DNA of 64,000 bases from positions 6,542 through 70,541 of the IMG/VR virus record IMGVR_UViG_3300009503_000030; one strand, 5' to 3'. This document shows, piece after piece, positions 36,260 to 45,479 of the stretch. The notes under the pieces are model-generated. The model searched no databases. It was given only the letters and a program-made list of their open reading frames with translations, and had not been told where the DNA came from. This DNA comes from a virus. The translations under genes and the position numbers were made by a program. Numbering within the stretch: the first letter of the stretch is position 1; every line of letters begins with the position of its first letter.

Positions 36260-37602
36260 CGGACGAACTCCAGCGAGACGTTGTTCTCGTCGGTCCGGAT
36301 GATCTCGTGCGGGGCGGCGATGACCGGTGCCTCCGCGCCGTTCAGCAGGACCGTGCAGTCCACGGTGGCCGGTTCGGCGCGGACGGTGGCAACGATGGAA
36401 GACGGGTAGAGCGCCACGCCCATCGGCGTGCCATTGACCGTCTGTGCGATCCGACGCACAAGGCGGCTTTCAAGGCGCGCGTCGCTGCTCCCCGTGACGC
36501 GGACCAAGGCGCTGATCGCAACGGTGATGCGGGTGGCGGGACGAACCGCGATGACCGAGCCGGCAGGAACCACGCCCAGGTCCGTGGTGACGCCGTCAAT
36601 CGCATCCTGGACCGCCGCAACCAGGCCCGTGTAGTACTCGTATGGCACAGGAACAGTGACCCGCCAGTATTGCGGCGGCGGGTCCGCGAGTCGCAGGACC
36701 CCCCACGGATGCACGAGGTAGCAGGGGATGACCTGTGTCTCTGGTACGCTCCCTGGACTTGTGGCAAGGAGATAGGTGATCGCGCTCTGCGGAGTGATCG
36801 CGCGGTGCGGCAGTTGCAACTCGCGCTCGTTGCCAAGCGCCGACTCCACGAGCACCTGCAAGGCTTCGACGGACGCGCGCTGGTCCAGGAGCCCCGCGGC
36901 GTCCGACACATAGAGGATGGCCGCCTGGTCATCATAGACCGCGTAGGCGACGCGCTGGCCCTCGTACTCGGTCGAGTAGGCGACAGCCTTGAGACCGGTT
37001 GGTGTCGCGGAGCGGAACCCAGAGCGCCAGGCGCGGATACGGGCACGGACCTGTTCGGCGGTCTCCGCAACGTCCCCACCGAGAGCGTCGGCGGTCTGAA
37101 CGAAGCCCGTGACCCCCGCCGGCGGCGCAACAACCTTCCAGGTGCCGGCCTGCGAGACAGCCAGGTTCCCGTCGGGTCCGAGGATGGTGCAGCGGAAGGG
37201 CACATCCGAGGACTCCGTGTCTGTGGGTGCGAAGTAGGCAGAGGCCAGCGTCTCGTAGATCATGCCGCCCTCCGCCTGGACCTTCTGCCCAGCCTCGACT
37301 ATGAGCGCCTCACCTGGGATATCCCGCAGGAAGTGTCCCTGGCCGACTGCGGCGACCGGACCCTTGCGGCCAGTTCCCGTGTACTCCCGTGCGAGGACCG
37401 ACAGCCCCTCGATGTCCGCTGTCTCGACGAGGCGCGCATCGCGCAATGCCCAGACCTGGCGTTCAAGGGCCGCGAGTTCGTGGCCGATGGCAAGCGCCAG
37501 TTGGTCCAGTACTCCCCCAGGCCGGACCCCGACTGGCGGATTCGGTTGGGAGAGAAGCATCCTGTTGAGGATGAGGCCGGCGATGTCGCGGTAGTCTCGC
37601 AT
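36256..37602 (-). CDS. Baseplate J-like wedge protein
   Basis: PGGVL, C...G..GN, GG...ET....R.R. Confidence 0.85.
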   Translation of the reverse strand: MRDYRDIAGLILNRMLLSQPNPPVGVRPGGVLDQLALAIGHELAALERQVWALRDARLVETADIEGLSVLAREYTGTGRKGPVAAVGQGHFLRDIPGEALIVEAGQKVQAEGGMIYETLASAYFAPTDTESSDVPFRCTILGPDGNLAVSQAGTWKVVAPPAGVTGFVQTADALGGDVAETAEQVRARIRAWRSGFRSATPTGLKAVAYSTEYEGQRVAYAVYDDQAAILYVSDAAGLLDQRASVEALQVLVESALGNERELQLPHRAITPQSAITYLLATSPGSVPETQVIPCYLVHPWGVLRLADPPPQYWRVTVPVPYEYYTGLVAAVQDAIDGVTTDLGVVPAGSVIAVRPATRITVAISALVRVTGSSDARLESRLVRRIAQTVNGTPMGVALYPSSIVATVRAEPATVDCTVLLNGAEAPVIAAPHEIIRTDENNVSLEFVR

Positions 37603-37611
37603 TTCGGTGCC

Positions 37612-39243
37612 CTACACGCCCCAAGATACTCTCAGGGCCTCCCCATGCGAATCTACGCCGATATCGAGGACGAGTCCATTGCCACCATCCGACAGGGCCA
37701 GTGAGCGGATGGCGGTGACGCGGTCGTCTGCGAGCACGGTTTCGCGTGCGGAGATCGCGAGGTCCGCGGCGCGATCAGCGGTCAGCGCGCTCCCTGGTTG
37801 CACGGACAGACCAAGCCGTGGGTAGAACGGGTTGGTGCCACGTTGGGTGGAAAGCCGCACGAGCAACGACTGGAGCAGTGCATCGCGCCCGTCAACCAAC
37901 GCCAGGTCACCCGCCGCATCGAGGACAAGGTCGCCATCCGCGAGACGGAGGTCGCGTCCGTAGTCGCGGTTCTCAGGCGCCCTTTCTCCTTCCTCTGGGG
38001 ACGGCGCTGTGATCACCTCCTCGGTCTGCCTCCCACGCTTTGGGATCACAAGGGTCATCCCTGGGATGAGCCCGTAGGTGCGGAGCGCTTCGTTCGCATC
38101 GAGGATGTCTGTCTCCCCGTCCGTGGACCCGTAGTACCTCAGGCTGATGTGCGCAAGGCTCTCGCCGGAAGCAACGCGGTGGATTTCGTATGGGCGGACC
38201 GTGCGGATCGCGGCATCCCACATTGTGCCTGCCATATTCGGGGCCACGTCAAGAAGGTTCAGAACGTCTACAAAGGCAAGCCTCTGTGGGTCTGTGGCCG
38301 ACAGTGGGCGTGGGATGGACTCTGGCGACCGCGGACCGTAGTGCAGGTCCGCGAAACCGAACGCGGAGCGCCACAGTCGGATGAGGCTGTAGGCGATGGA
38401 AACGGACTGCGTCTGAATCTGGTAGACCGTGTCGAGGACGCGCTGGACCGTGCGTGCTGGGGCGTAGAGGAGCCCGATTCCCGTCTGCACGAGGTGCGCG
38501 ATGTCCTGAACGGCACCCTGGATCGTGTAGATGGCCATCGTCGCGCGGTCCACGACGGCCTGGACCTTCCGCAGGGCTTCCTGAGCCTTTGCGATGGCAT
38601 CACGCGCTGTATTGAGCGCATCTTGGGCGCGCTCATACCAGGCCCGCTCGCGCGCTTGCCTCTGCGGTGTGGTCTCTTGCGGGGTTTGGAGGTCGAACGC
38701 AACGACCCCGACAACCTGCAATGTGATCTGGTAGGAGATTCCCATCCGATTCGCGTTCTGGCGCGGCGTGATCCACGTCTGGGGGACGACCTCCCACGCG
38801 AGCCCCTCGGTGATCCCATAGAGGCGTAGGCGTTGCCCTGTTTTAGCCGCGTCCTGAAGCATCGTGAACACGTCTCGCAGATACTGGACGGTCGGATGCT
38901 CGATGACCCCGTTGCCGGAGGTGCCCTGCGTCACGAGGTTCGCGTATCCGACCTCCCCGACGATCTGCACCTGCCCAATCCGGTAGCCGGCGGATTCGAC
39001 GACGATCTGGGCCATTGTCGGGGTCACGGCGACCGCGGCCTGGAGTTGCCACTGGACGCCCGTGACCCAAGGGAGCACGGTGAACGCACGGACCGCCGTG
39101 GTGTCTGGCGCCATCAACGGCTGGTATCCTTGAAGGGATTTGCTTCCCGTGCGCATGGCGCGGGGAAAGGCATAACCCCCCTGTGTTGCCAGCACGTAGT
39201 GGATCGGGATCAGGTCTGTGGGTTGCGGATCGCTCATGGCCAT
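37612..39243 (-). CDS. Tail-tube-initiator / LysM / gp25-like baseplate fusion protein
   Basis: LysM HRVASGESLAHIS...YG; C-terminal GDLALVDG...QSL..RL.T.RG...D.RV. Confidence 0.75.
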   Translation of the reverse strand: MAMSDPQPTDLIPIHYVLATQGGYAFPRAMRTGSKSLQGYQPLMAPDTTAVRAFTVLPWVTGVQWQLQAAVAVTPTMAQIVVESAGYRIGQVQIVGEVGYANLVTQGTSGNGVIEHPTVQYLRDVFTMLQDAAKTGQRLRLYGITEGLAWEVVPQTWITPRQNANRMGISYQITLQVVGVVAFDLQTPQETTPQRQARERAWYERAQDALNTARDAIAKAQEALRKVQAVVDRATMAIYTIQGAVQDIAHLVQTGIGLLYAPARTVQRVLDTVYQIQTQSVSIAYSLIRLWRSAFGFADLHYGPRSPESIPRPLSATDPQRLAFVDVLNLLDVAPNMAGTMWDAAIRTVRPYEIHRVASGESLAHISLRYYGSTDGETDILDANEALRTYGLIPGMTLVIPKRGRQTEEVITAPSPEEGERAPENRDYGRDLRLADGDLVLDAAGDLALVDGRDALLQSLLVRLSTQRGTNPFYPRLGLSVQPGSALTADRAADLAISARETVLADDRVTAIRSLALSDGGNGLVLDIGVDSHGEALRVSWGV

Positions 39244-39425
39244 TTACACGGCCCGCCCCCCGTTCCTGGCGGCGCGATGGGCGGGTTCTGGTCAAGGGCC
39301 TTGAGGATCGCGGCGATCAGCGTGCGTATCCCATCGGCCCCCCCAACGTTGATGTCTTTCGCTTTCAACTCGTTGACCACCTGCGAGACGACCTGCTCGG
39401 TCTTCGATGCGAGCGCCACGGCCAC
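39234..39425 (-). CDS. small hypothetical protein
   Basis: GGAGGT RBS, follows the spike gene. Confidence 0.45.
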   Translation of the reverse strand: MAVALASKTEQVVSQVVNELKAKDINVGGADGIRTLIAAILKALDQNPPIAPPGTGGGPCKWP

Positions 39426-39428
39426 CTC

Positions 39429-40463
39429 CTACTTGGCGCGTACACGGTCCTGGGTGGCACGATGCGTGCCGCCCGTGTACCAGCATGTTGCGTCCTCGGT
39501 CAGCACCTTCTTGCCGCCCTCTGCACCAAGGTCCACACGGTCGCATTGTACCACGACCTGCCCGTTCTCGATGGTGACCACGGTCTCCCCGACGATGATC
39601 TTGAGGGCGCCTTGTACCCGTACAACGCCCTGCGAGTCGCGCGCATCTATCAGGACACCGGACCGGTCCACGCGGACCCGCACGCCCTGAACCTCCAAGT
39701 AGTGCGTGTCCGGCTCCTGAGGTGCGGCACGCTCCGTGCCGCCCTCGGTATCGGTGCTTGCGCTGTCCTCGCGCTCGTATCCGTCCACGGGCGCCGTCGT
39801 CTCTGGCGGCGGTGGAAGGGTCGCTCCATACCCGTCCTTGACGCCTTGTGACCAGGCCCGCCCATACACGGTCAACGTCTGTGTCGTCCCATCCCAGCGC
39901 TGATCTTGGGCGAGGGAGCAGAGGTCCTCGAGGTCCCGTTCCGATGGTTCGGGTTCTCCCGCGAAACGCCGCGATACGCCGTCGGAGTAGCCAGACGTGT
40001 AGAAGGCCGTGTAGAGGTCGCGGTCAGCGTCCGCTGGCGGCTCCGGAACCTGTTCTGGGACGGCATCGAGCGGCAAGGTCGGGGGCACGGATGTGACCTG
40101 GGGCACGCTCTCCTCTGGCTCCGGAATCGTGTCTCGCGGGGCCATTGGATGGCGCAACACCTGGACGATGACATACTGCGCCGTGCGCTGGACTTCGGCA
40201 ACGAGGACAAAGGCCCCGGACGCTCGGTACACGTCGGGATTCTCCCCCCGCTCCAGCGCCGCCATGATCGCCTTCCTCTCCGACTCCTGGCACTGAGCCA
40301 GGGCCATGAACCCCGACTGCCACGGGCCACCCCCACCGATATCGGGGACCAGAACCTTCCGGAGTATCTGGCGGTCAAGGGTCAGAACATCGGCGACTCG
40401 CCCAGAGTAGTCGGAGGCGGGGGCACGGTAGATGCGAAGCACGACACCAAGAACGAGGTTCAT
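39429..40463 (-). CDS. Baseplate spike (gpV/Gp138-like)
   Basis: OB-type N-terminus, beta-repeat C-terminus ending C..TG..H. Confidence 0.65.
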   Translation of the reverse strand: MNLVLGVVLRIYRAPASDYSGRVADVLTLDRQILRKVLVPDIGGGGPWQSGFMALAQCQESERKAIMAALERGENPDVYRASGAFVLVAEVQRTAQYVIVQVLRHPMAPRDTIPEPEESVPQVTSVPPTLPLDAVPEQVPEPPADADRDLYTAFYTSGYSDGVSRRFAGEPEPSERDLEDLCSLAQDQRWDGTTQTLTVYGRAWSQGVKDGYGATLPPPPETTAPVDGYEREDSASTDTEGGTERAAPQEPDTHYLEVQGVRVRVDRSGVLIDARDSQGVVRVQGALKIIVGETVVTIENGQVVVQCDRVDLGAEGGKKVLTEDATCWYTGGTHRATQDRVRAK

Positions 40464-42529
40464 GTCTGCCCCCACGACTGCTTGAGCATCTTCGCGAACT
40501 CTTCCCACCAGTGCCCGCGCGTCTCGAACGTCGTCTTCGGGAGGCACGGGTCCCAGCGGTCATCGGCCAGTTGGTTGTGGGCGTAGACGCCTGGCACCTG
40601 GAGGATCGGGAAGCCCGCGAGACCCGCAAACTTTCGCCACTGCTGCGTCGGGATTCCGTTGCGGTAATATGGGATCACCATGCGAATTCCTTCAACATCG
40701 TTCATCTCCGTGGCCGGCTGCGTGATCAGGTAGTTGATCAGCACGATCAGGGCTTCGCGTTGCACCGCCGTGAACTCCACGCCTGGGCCATCCGCCTCCG
40801 CTGGGCCACCGACGAGATCGATCCCGATGCTGCGGGGGTTGTAATGCCCCGCATGATGCGCCACGTAGTACACGGGGTCGAGCAGTTGATAGATGGCCCC
40901 GTCAAGACCAACGATGAAATGCGTGGATACGTTGCGTCCGATCAGCGCATCGAGAGTGGTGTCTGCGCTGGCCGCCGCGGAATGATGCACGACGATTCCT
41001 TGAAGCGGATGTGTAATCGTCGTGGTGCGCGCGTGGAATCCCGTGAACCCAGGCACCGCATCACGATTCAGTTCGTAGATCACCGCGAATGGCGCCGGAT
41101 ACCGCGTGCCGGCGAGCACGATTCCGTTCACCGGCTTCCATCGCACACTGGTAGGCTGCGTGGTCACAACGACCTTCGGTACGCTTGGTACGGGGAGGGC
41201 TGCATCAGGGCTCCCGTGCTGGTACTCGATGCGCGTCTCGCTGATCACCTTGCCATCAGGCAGGACGGAGAACGCCTGGCGGACGGAGGTCGCGTACACG
41301 AGCATCGCGTCCGTTCTCATGAAGGTGTACCGCTCGCGCCCCTTGCGGTATTCGGAGGTGTCCTGCGCGCGGAACTGCACGGGCCGCGACAACCGGACCC
41401 TGTACCAGTTCCCAGGCTGGACCGGCTGGGCCGCTTTCAGTGTCACCGCCCCGCTGGGCCGCTCAGCGTCGTACCAATGGGCCTCCCGCGACTCCAACAT
41501 TCGACGGAGCGCCGCCGCGAACAGGTCCGCGATCCCCGCCTTCGTCCCTGCGCTCGCAAACAGCGGGTCCTGGTTCTGGCGCATGTGGAACCCGTACCGG
41601 TTCAAGAGCGGCGTCTCGACGACAGGCATCAAGGACCCCATCCCAAGCGTGGTCATCAGGTTGCTCGAATAGATGAAGGATGCAAGGCCGGCTGGCGCCC
41701 AGGCCGTTGGGCGGTCTACTGCCGGACGCGCGATCTGCATCGCGCGGATGACATCCAATGGGAGCTCCGTGACCTCGCGCGGGCGCCGACGGACCAGTGG
41801 ATGCGCGCGGAAGACGGGTGCCGGACGCTCCCCATCGTAATCCCAGAAGAACTCGTGAAGGTCTGGGGAGATCACGCGAGACAAGAGCTCGGAGAGCGTG
41901 AAGCCTGGACCGGCAATGTTGCCGGCGTCGTAGGACAGGCCGCGTACTGGCGCGATGCGTCCAAAGGACATCAGCGCGAGTAGGGGTGTCTGATCAACGG
42001 GATACAGACCCTCCAAGAGTTCTTGAAGGATACCACGGACGAACCCCGACAGATCACCATCGCGGACCGTCTGCACGAAGCGCTGCGGTAGGCCCTCCTG
42101 CCATTCGACGTATGGGAGTATCCCTGGATGACGCCCATCCACCATCCCCGTCGGGAGGTAGAACGTGGTCTCGTCAAGGACCTCCCCATATCCGCGCGCA
42201 TCGAGTCGGTAGGTCCAGGTGATCGCCCCGTTCTGTAGTGCTTGGTCCGCACGGGTCACCTGGGTGACGAATCCCAAGAAGGTGACGAGGCGCTGATCGC
42301 CGCGACTCGCGGTGAACCGCACGCAGTCCATCGGGCGCACGGACTCCATCTGCGTGATACCATCGGCGTCCTGCGGATCGAAGCGGAGTTCGCAGGAGAA
42401 CGACGACCGGTATCCGACGGCGACATCCGCGCGGACGATCTGCCCCACGAAGGAACGGACGCTGCTCGGTGGCTCCGCGCCATTACCGATGCGCAGGGCA
42501 AGGATAGGCTGCTGTGGGTATTCGGCCAT
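40460..42529 (-). CDS. Baseplate hub protein fused to an N-acetylmuramoyl-L-alanine amidase
   Basis: Hub-type N-terminus (HEFF.D, RYG); C-terminal VVHHSA, STHFIV, HAG..N..SIGI, H...R.DP. Confidence 0.78.
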   Translation of the reverse strand: MAEYPQQPILALRIGNGAEPPSSVRSFVGQIVRADVAVGYRSSFSCELRFDPQDADGITQMESVRPMDCVRFTASRGDQRLVTFLGFVTQVTRADQALQNGAITWTYRLDARGYGEVLDETTFYLPTGMVDGRHPGILPYVEWQEGLPQRFVQTVRDGDLSGFVRGILQELLEGLYPVDQTPLLALMSFGRIAPVRGLSYDAGNIAGPGFTLSELLSRVISPDLHEFFWDYDGERPAPVFRAHPLVRRRPREVTELPLDVIRAMQIARPAVDRPTAWAPAGLASFIYSSNLMTTLGMGSLMPVVETPLLNRYGFHMRQNQDPLFASAGTKAGIADLFAAALRRMLESREAHWYDAERPSGAVTLKAAQPVQPGNWYRVRLSRPVQFRAQDTSEYRKGRERYTFMRTDAMLVYATSVRQAFSVLPDGKVISETRIEYQHGSPDAALPVPSVPKVVVTTQPTSVRWKPVNGIVLAGTRYPAPFAVIYELNRDAVPGFTGFHARTTTITHPLQGIVVHHSAAASADTTLDALIGRNVSTHFIVGLDGAIYQLLDPVYYVAHHAGHYNPRSIGIDLVGGPAEADGPGVEFTAVQREALIVLINYLITQPATEMNDVEGIRMVIPYYRNGIPTQQWRKFAGLAGFPILQVPGVYAHNQLADDRWDPCLPKTTFETRGHWWEEFAKMLKQSWGQT

Positions 42530-42530
42530 G

Positions 42531-44387
42531 TCATTCCGTCCTCGGGCGTATAGTGCCCTCCCGCACGCTCTCAAGGCGTCTTGCGAGACGGGCCAGCTCC
42601 CCAAAGCCAGCCCGCACATCGTCCGCCGCGAACTCCCGCATGATCGCGATCACCATGGCCATCGTAGCGCTCAACTGCTCCGTGTAGGTACGCACCTGGT
42701 CCCAGGCAACGGCGGTCTGCTGCATGGATTCCACCAGTGCCCGACGCTCCATTGCCGCTGGTGCGGCTTCTGGGAGCACGCGCGCAACGAGACTCGTGAA
42801 TGCTTCTTGTAGCGCTACACCGACATCCCGTGGTTCTGTGGGTGGTGGGGCCACGCGCTCTGGCACCTCTGGTGCCGCCGCCCAGCGCCGTCCAAGCGAT
42901 GGGGCCACCTGCAAGGCCCCGGCGTAGAAGAATGGAGCGAGAGGCCCTACCCTCCGCCCCGCGCGACGGATGATCTCGTTGACCGCCCGTGGGTCCTCTG
43001 CGAGCGCGGCCATCTGCTCAAGGTTCCCGCCTGCCTCTGTCGCCAGTTCGCCCATGAGCATCGCCTGAATCGTATCCTGGGGCATGACCATGCCCGTCAC
43101 GCGCTGTAGAAGGCCCATTTGTGCCTGCTGGATCGCGCCTGGCAGGCCCATCGCCGCCCGCCCCTGGATTCCGCCTGCCGCCGCCTGTTGCAGGACGTTC
43201 GTCACGAAGTACGGCGAGACACTCATCCCCATCTGGGCCGCACGCTCCGTGATCCGCACCTGCTCCTGGAGCATCCGGGGCATTTCGCTCGATGCGAGTC
43301 CCGCCGCGGTCCCCGCGCGCACGGCCTCTTGCAAGATCAGGGTCGGAGCGCTGCGCAGGTCCAGCCCCGTCGTTTCGTATCCGTACCCTGGCCGGAAACC
43401 GCGCGTGAAGGCCCCAAGTTCTCCGGCATTGATTCCCCAGACCCGCTCAAAATACCCAAGCGCCTGGACTGGCACCGGCAATCCACCTTGCGCCGCGGCC
43501 TGGGCCTGTCGTTGCAACACGTCCTGGTAGGTCAAGTAGAATGGTGCGCCGCCACCAATGATCTCAGGCTCGGTCCCAGGGAGGTTGTAGCGATACCCAC
43601 CGCGCGCCGCGACAAGCATCGGCTCGACGGTCCCGTATCGGGCCGTGATCGCCTGTTCGTAGCGCTCGACCGCCGACCGGCGCACTTGCGCCTCTTCTTC
43701 GGCGAGCGCGCTGAACCGCTGCGTCAGGAGATTCGTGACGACCGATGTTATGATGCTGGCCGCCGCAAGCGCTCCGGCGACCGGCAGGGCGCCTGATGCC
43801 GCCGCGACGCCGGCGCCGGTCATCAGCCCAGCGGACGCCACGCCTCCGGCCCCAGCGCCCATCTGAATGTATGCCTGGCGCTCCACGAGTCGGGCCTGGA
43901 TCAGTCCGATGGTGAGCCCCGCGGGGGTCCCAGCCATGAGCCCGCCGGCCTCGACGGGGATGGCGGCGAACATCCCGCGCCCCCAGGCCTCCGCTGTCTG
44001 CTCGATCAGCCGGTTGATCACGTAGCCCGCGGCGTAGGCTACACCTTGATCCAGCCGCCGAACGCCAACCCCCCCCAAGAAGCGTTCGAGCGCAGAGCGC
44101 TGCCTCTCAGGTGCCGTGGCTCCCTCCGCTACGCCCGTGGGTTCCGTGGGCGTCGTCAGAGTGGGGGTCGGGGCCGGCGTCGGCGCCGGCGCAGGGGGCG
44201 GCGTGACGGTCGGCGCTGTCGTCGGCGCCGGTGTCGGCGCCGGTGTCGGCGCCGGCGTCGGTGGTTGCACTGGCGTGACGTTGATCCGATTGATGCGCGT
44301 CTCGATGTCTCGCAGAAGGTCGAGGATTCGCTGAAGATTCCGTGGGTCGGCCTCGACGGCGACCGTTGTCTGAAAGTCAGCGGGCAT
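42531..44387 (-). CDS. Tape-measure-like protein
   Basis: Ala/Gly-rich helical protein between the chaperone and hub genes; PTPA repeat; GGGAGG RBS. Confidence 0.65.
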   Translation of the reverse strand: MPADFQTTVAVEADPRNLQRILDLLRDIETRINRINVTPVQPPTPAPTPAPTPAPTTAPTVTPPPAPAPTPAPTPTLTTPTEPTGVAEGATAPERQRSALERFLGGVGVRRLDQGVAYAAGYVINRLIEQTAEAWGRGMFAAIPVEAGGLMAGTPAGLTIGLIQARLVERQAYIQMGAGAGGVASAGLMTGAGVAAASGALPVAGALAAASIITSVVTNLLTQRFSALAEEEAQVRRSAVERYEQAITARYGTVEPMLVAARGGYRYNLPGTEPEIIGGGAPFYLTYQDVLQRQAQAAAQGGLPVPVQALGYFERVWGINAGELGAFTRGFRPGYGYETTGLDLRSAPTLILQEAVRAGTAAGLASSEMPRMLQEQVRITERAAQMGMSVSPYFVTNVLQQAAAGGIQGRAAMGLPGAIQQAQMGLLQRVTGMVMPQDTIQAMLMGELATEAGGNLEQMAALAEDPRAVNEIIRRAGRRVGPLAPFFYAGALQVAPSLGRRWAAAPEVPERVAPPPTEPRDVGVALQEAFTSLVARVLPEAAPAAMERRALVESMQQTAVAWDQVRTYTEQLSATMAMVIAIMREFAADDVRAGFGELARLARRLESVREGTIRPRTE

Positions 44388-45028
44388 CCGGCCCTCCCGT
44401 ATCGCGCCTTTCAAGGTGTCGCGATACCCTTTCCACCAGACCATACCTTTCGCGGAACTCCCGCTCAAGTCGGGCGATCTCGGGGTCCGTGATCGCCTCC
44501 AACGGGGGCACGATCTCCTCCGCCGGCGGAGGCTCCGATGCGTATCGTTCCGCGAGCCTGTAGAGCATCAGGAGGCCGATGGGGACCCGTGGCGCCTGGT
44601 CAACGGGGATTCTGCACGGGCTGAACCACCACGATCTGGCGACTCTCTTCGCCGCCTTGTCTATACCGGCGAAAAAAGTCGGCTTCGAACCGCGCCACCT
44701 CCTCCGATACCGCGACGAAGATTTCGGGTCCGAGCTGGTCAAGCGGACGCTTGAACCAGTCTGGCGACTCCTCCACGAGCACTGCGCATCGGGCCATCGC
44801 CAGGAGCAGCGTCTGGATGTCTGCGGGCAACGATTGCCACGCGGCCCCCCGCGCCAGTCCAGAGAGGGCCACCGCCAGTTGCCGCACGTCTTCTGCTGTC
44901 GGTAGCCGCGCGACGAACGTCCCTTCGAGGTCCTCTCCCTTCGGAGACCGGTAGCGGACGGCGAACCGATGCTTTCCATCTGGGATGGCCTCCGCGGTCT
45001 CGCGAACGATGTCCTGGATGGAGGGCAT
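44377..45028 (-). CDS. Tail assembly chaperone (44600-45028) with probable frameshifted extension to 44377
   Basis: Lies between tube and tape measure; slippery TTTTTTC at 44677-44671 with an overlapping +1 ORF. Confidence 0.65.
44401..44436 (-). repeat. Solitary CRISPR repeat 13 nt before the tape-measure start
   Basis: GTGGAAAGGGTATCGCGACACCTTGAAAGGCGCGAT; compensatory GTATCGCG/CGCGATAC stem. Confidence 0.88.
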
Positions 45029-45036
45029 TGGTCACC

Positions 45037-45468
45037 TCACTGTTCCCACCGATGCCGGATGCGGGTGGCCTGGATCGCGACGTTCTGCATGACGAAGGAC
45101 CGCGCCTGCACCTGCATCGTGTAGTTGACAAGCACCGCGTCCTCGATCACAAAGATCGGTTTGTCATCGTGCGGATTCGCCGCATAGACCGCGATCTGGA
45201 ACGGAGGGAAGTTCACGAACTCCGCTGGATGTTCCCCGTCCATCGGGGGGAGAATCTCCTTGAGATCGTCCTCCAGGAGGCGGACGAAGCCGACGCGGCC
45301 ATCAATGATATAGCCCACCTTCAGCAAGGCGGCAGGCTCAGGCCGCCCGATCACCTCGACAGGCAGCACGCGAGACTGGATGGTGCCTTGAAAGTCGGTC
45401 CCCCAACCGACCTTCTTGCCAGCCACGTGAATCTCCACGCGCGCACCATGCAGGACTGTCTCTGGCAT
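45037..45468 (-). CDS. Tail tube protein
   Basis: 143 aa directly after the sheath; HGA.V.I...G..VG, V..IG. Confidence 0.78.
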   Translation of the reverse strand: MPETVLHGARVEIHVAGKKVGWGTDFQGTIQSRVLPVEVIGRPEPAALLKVGYIIDGRVGFVRLLEDDLKEILPPMDGEHPAEFVNFPPFQIAVYAANPHDDKPIFVIEDAVLVNYTMQVQARSFVMQNVAIQATRIRHRWEQ

Positions 45469-45479
45469 GGTTCACCTCC

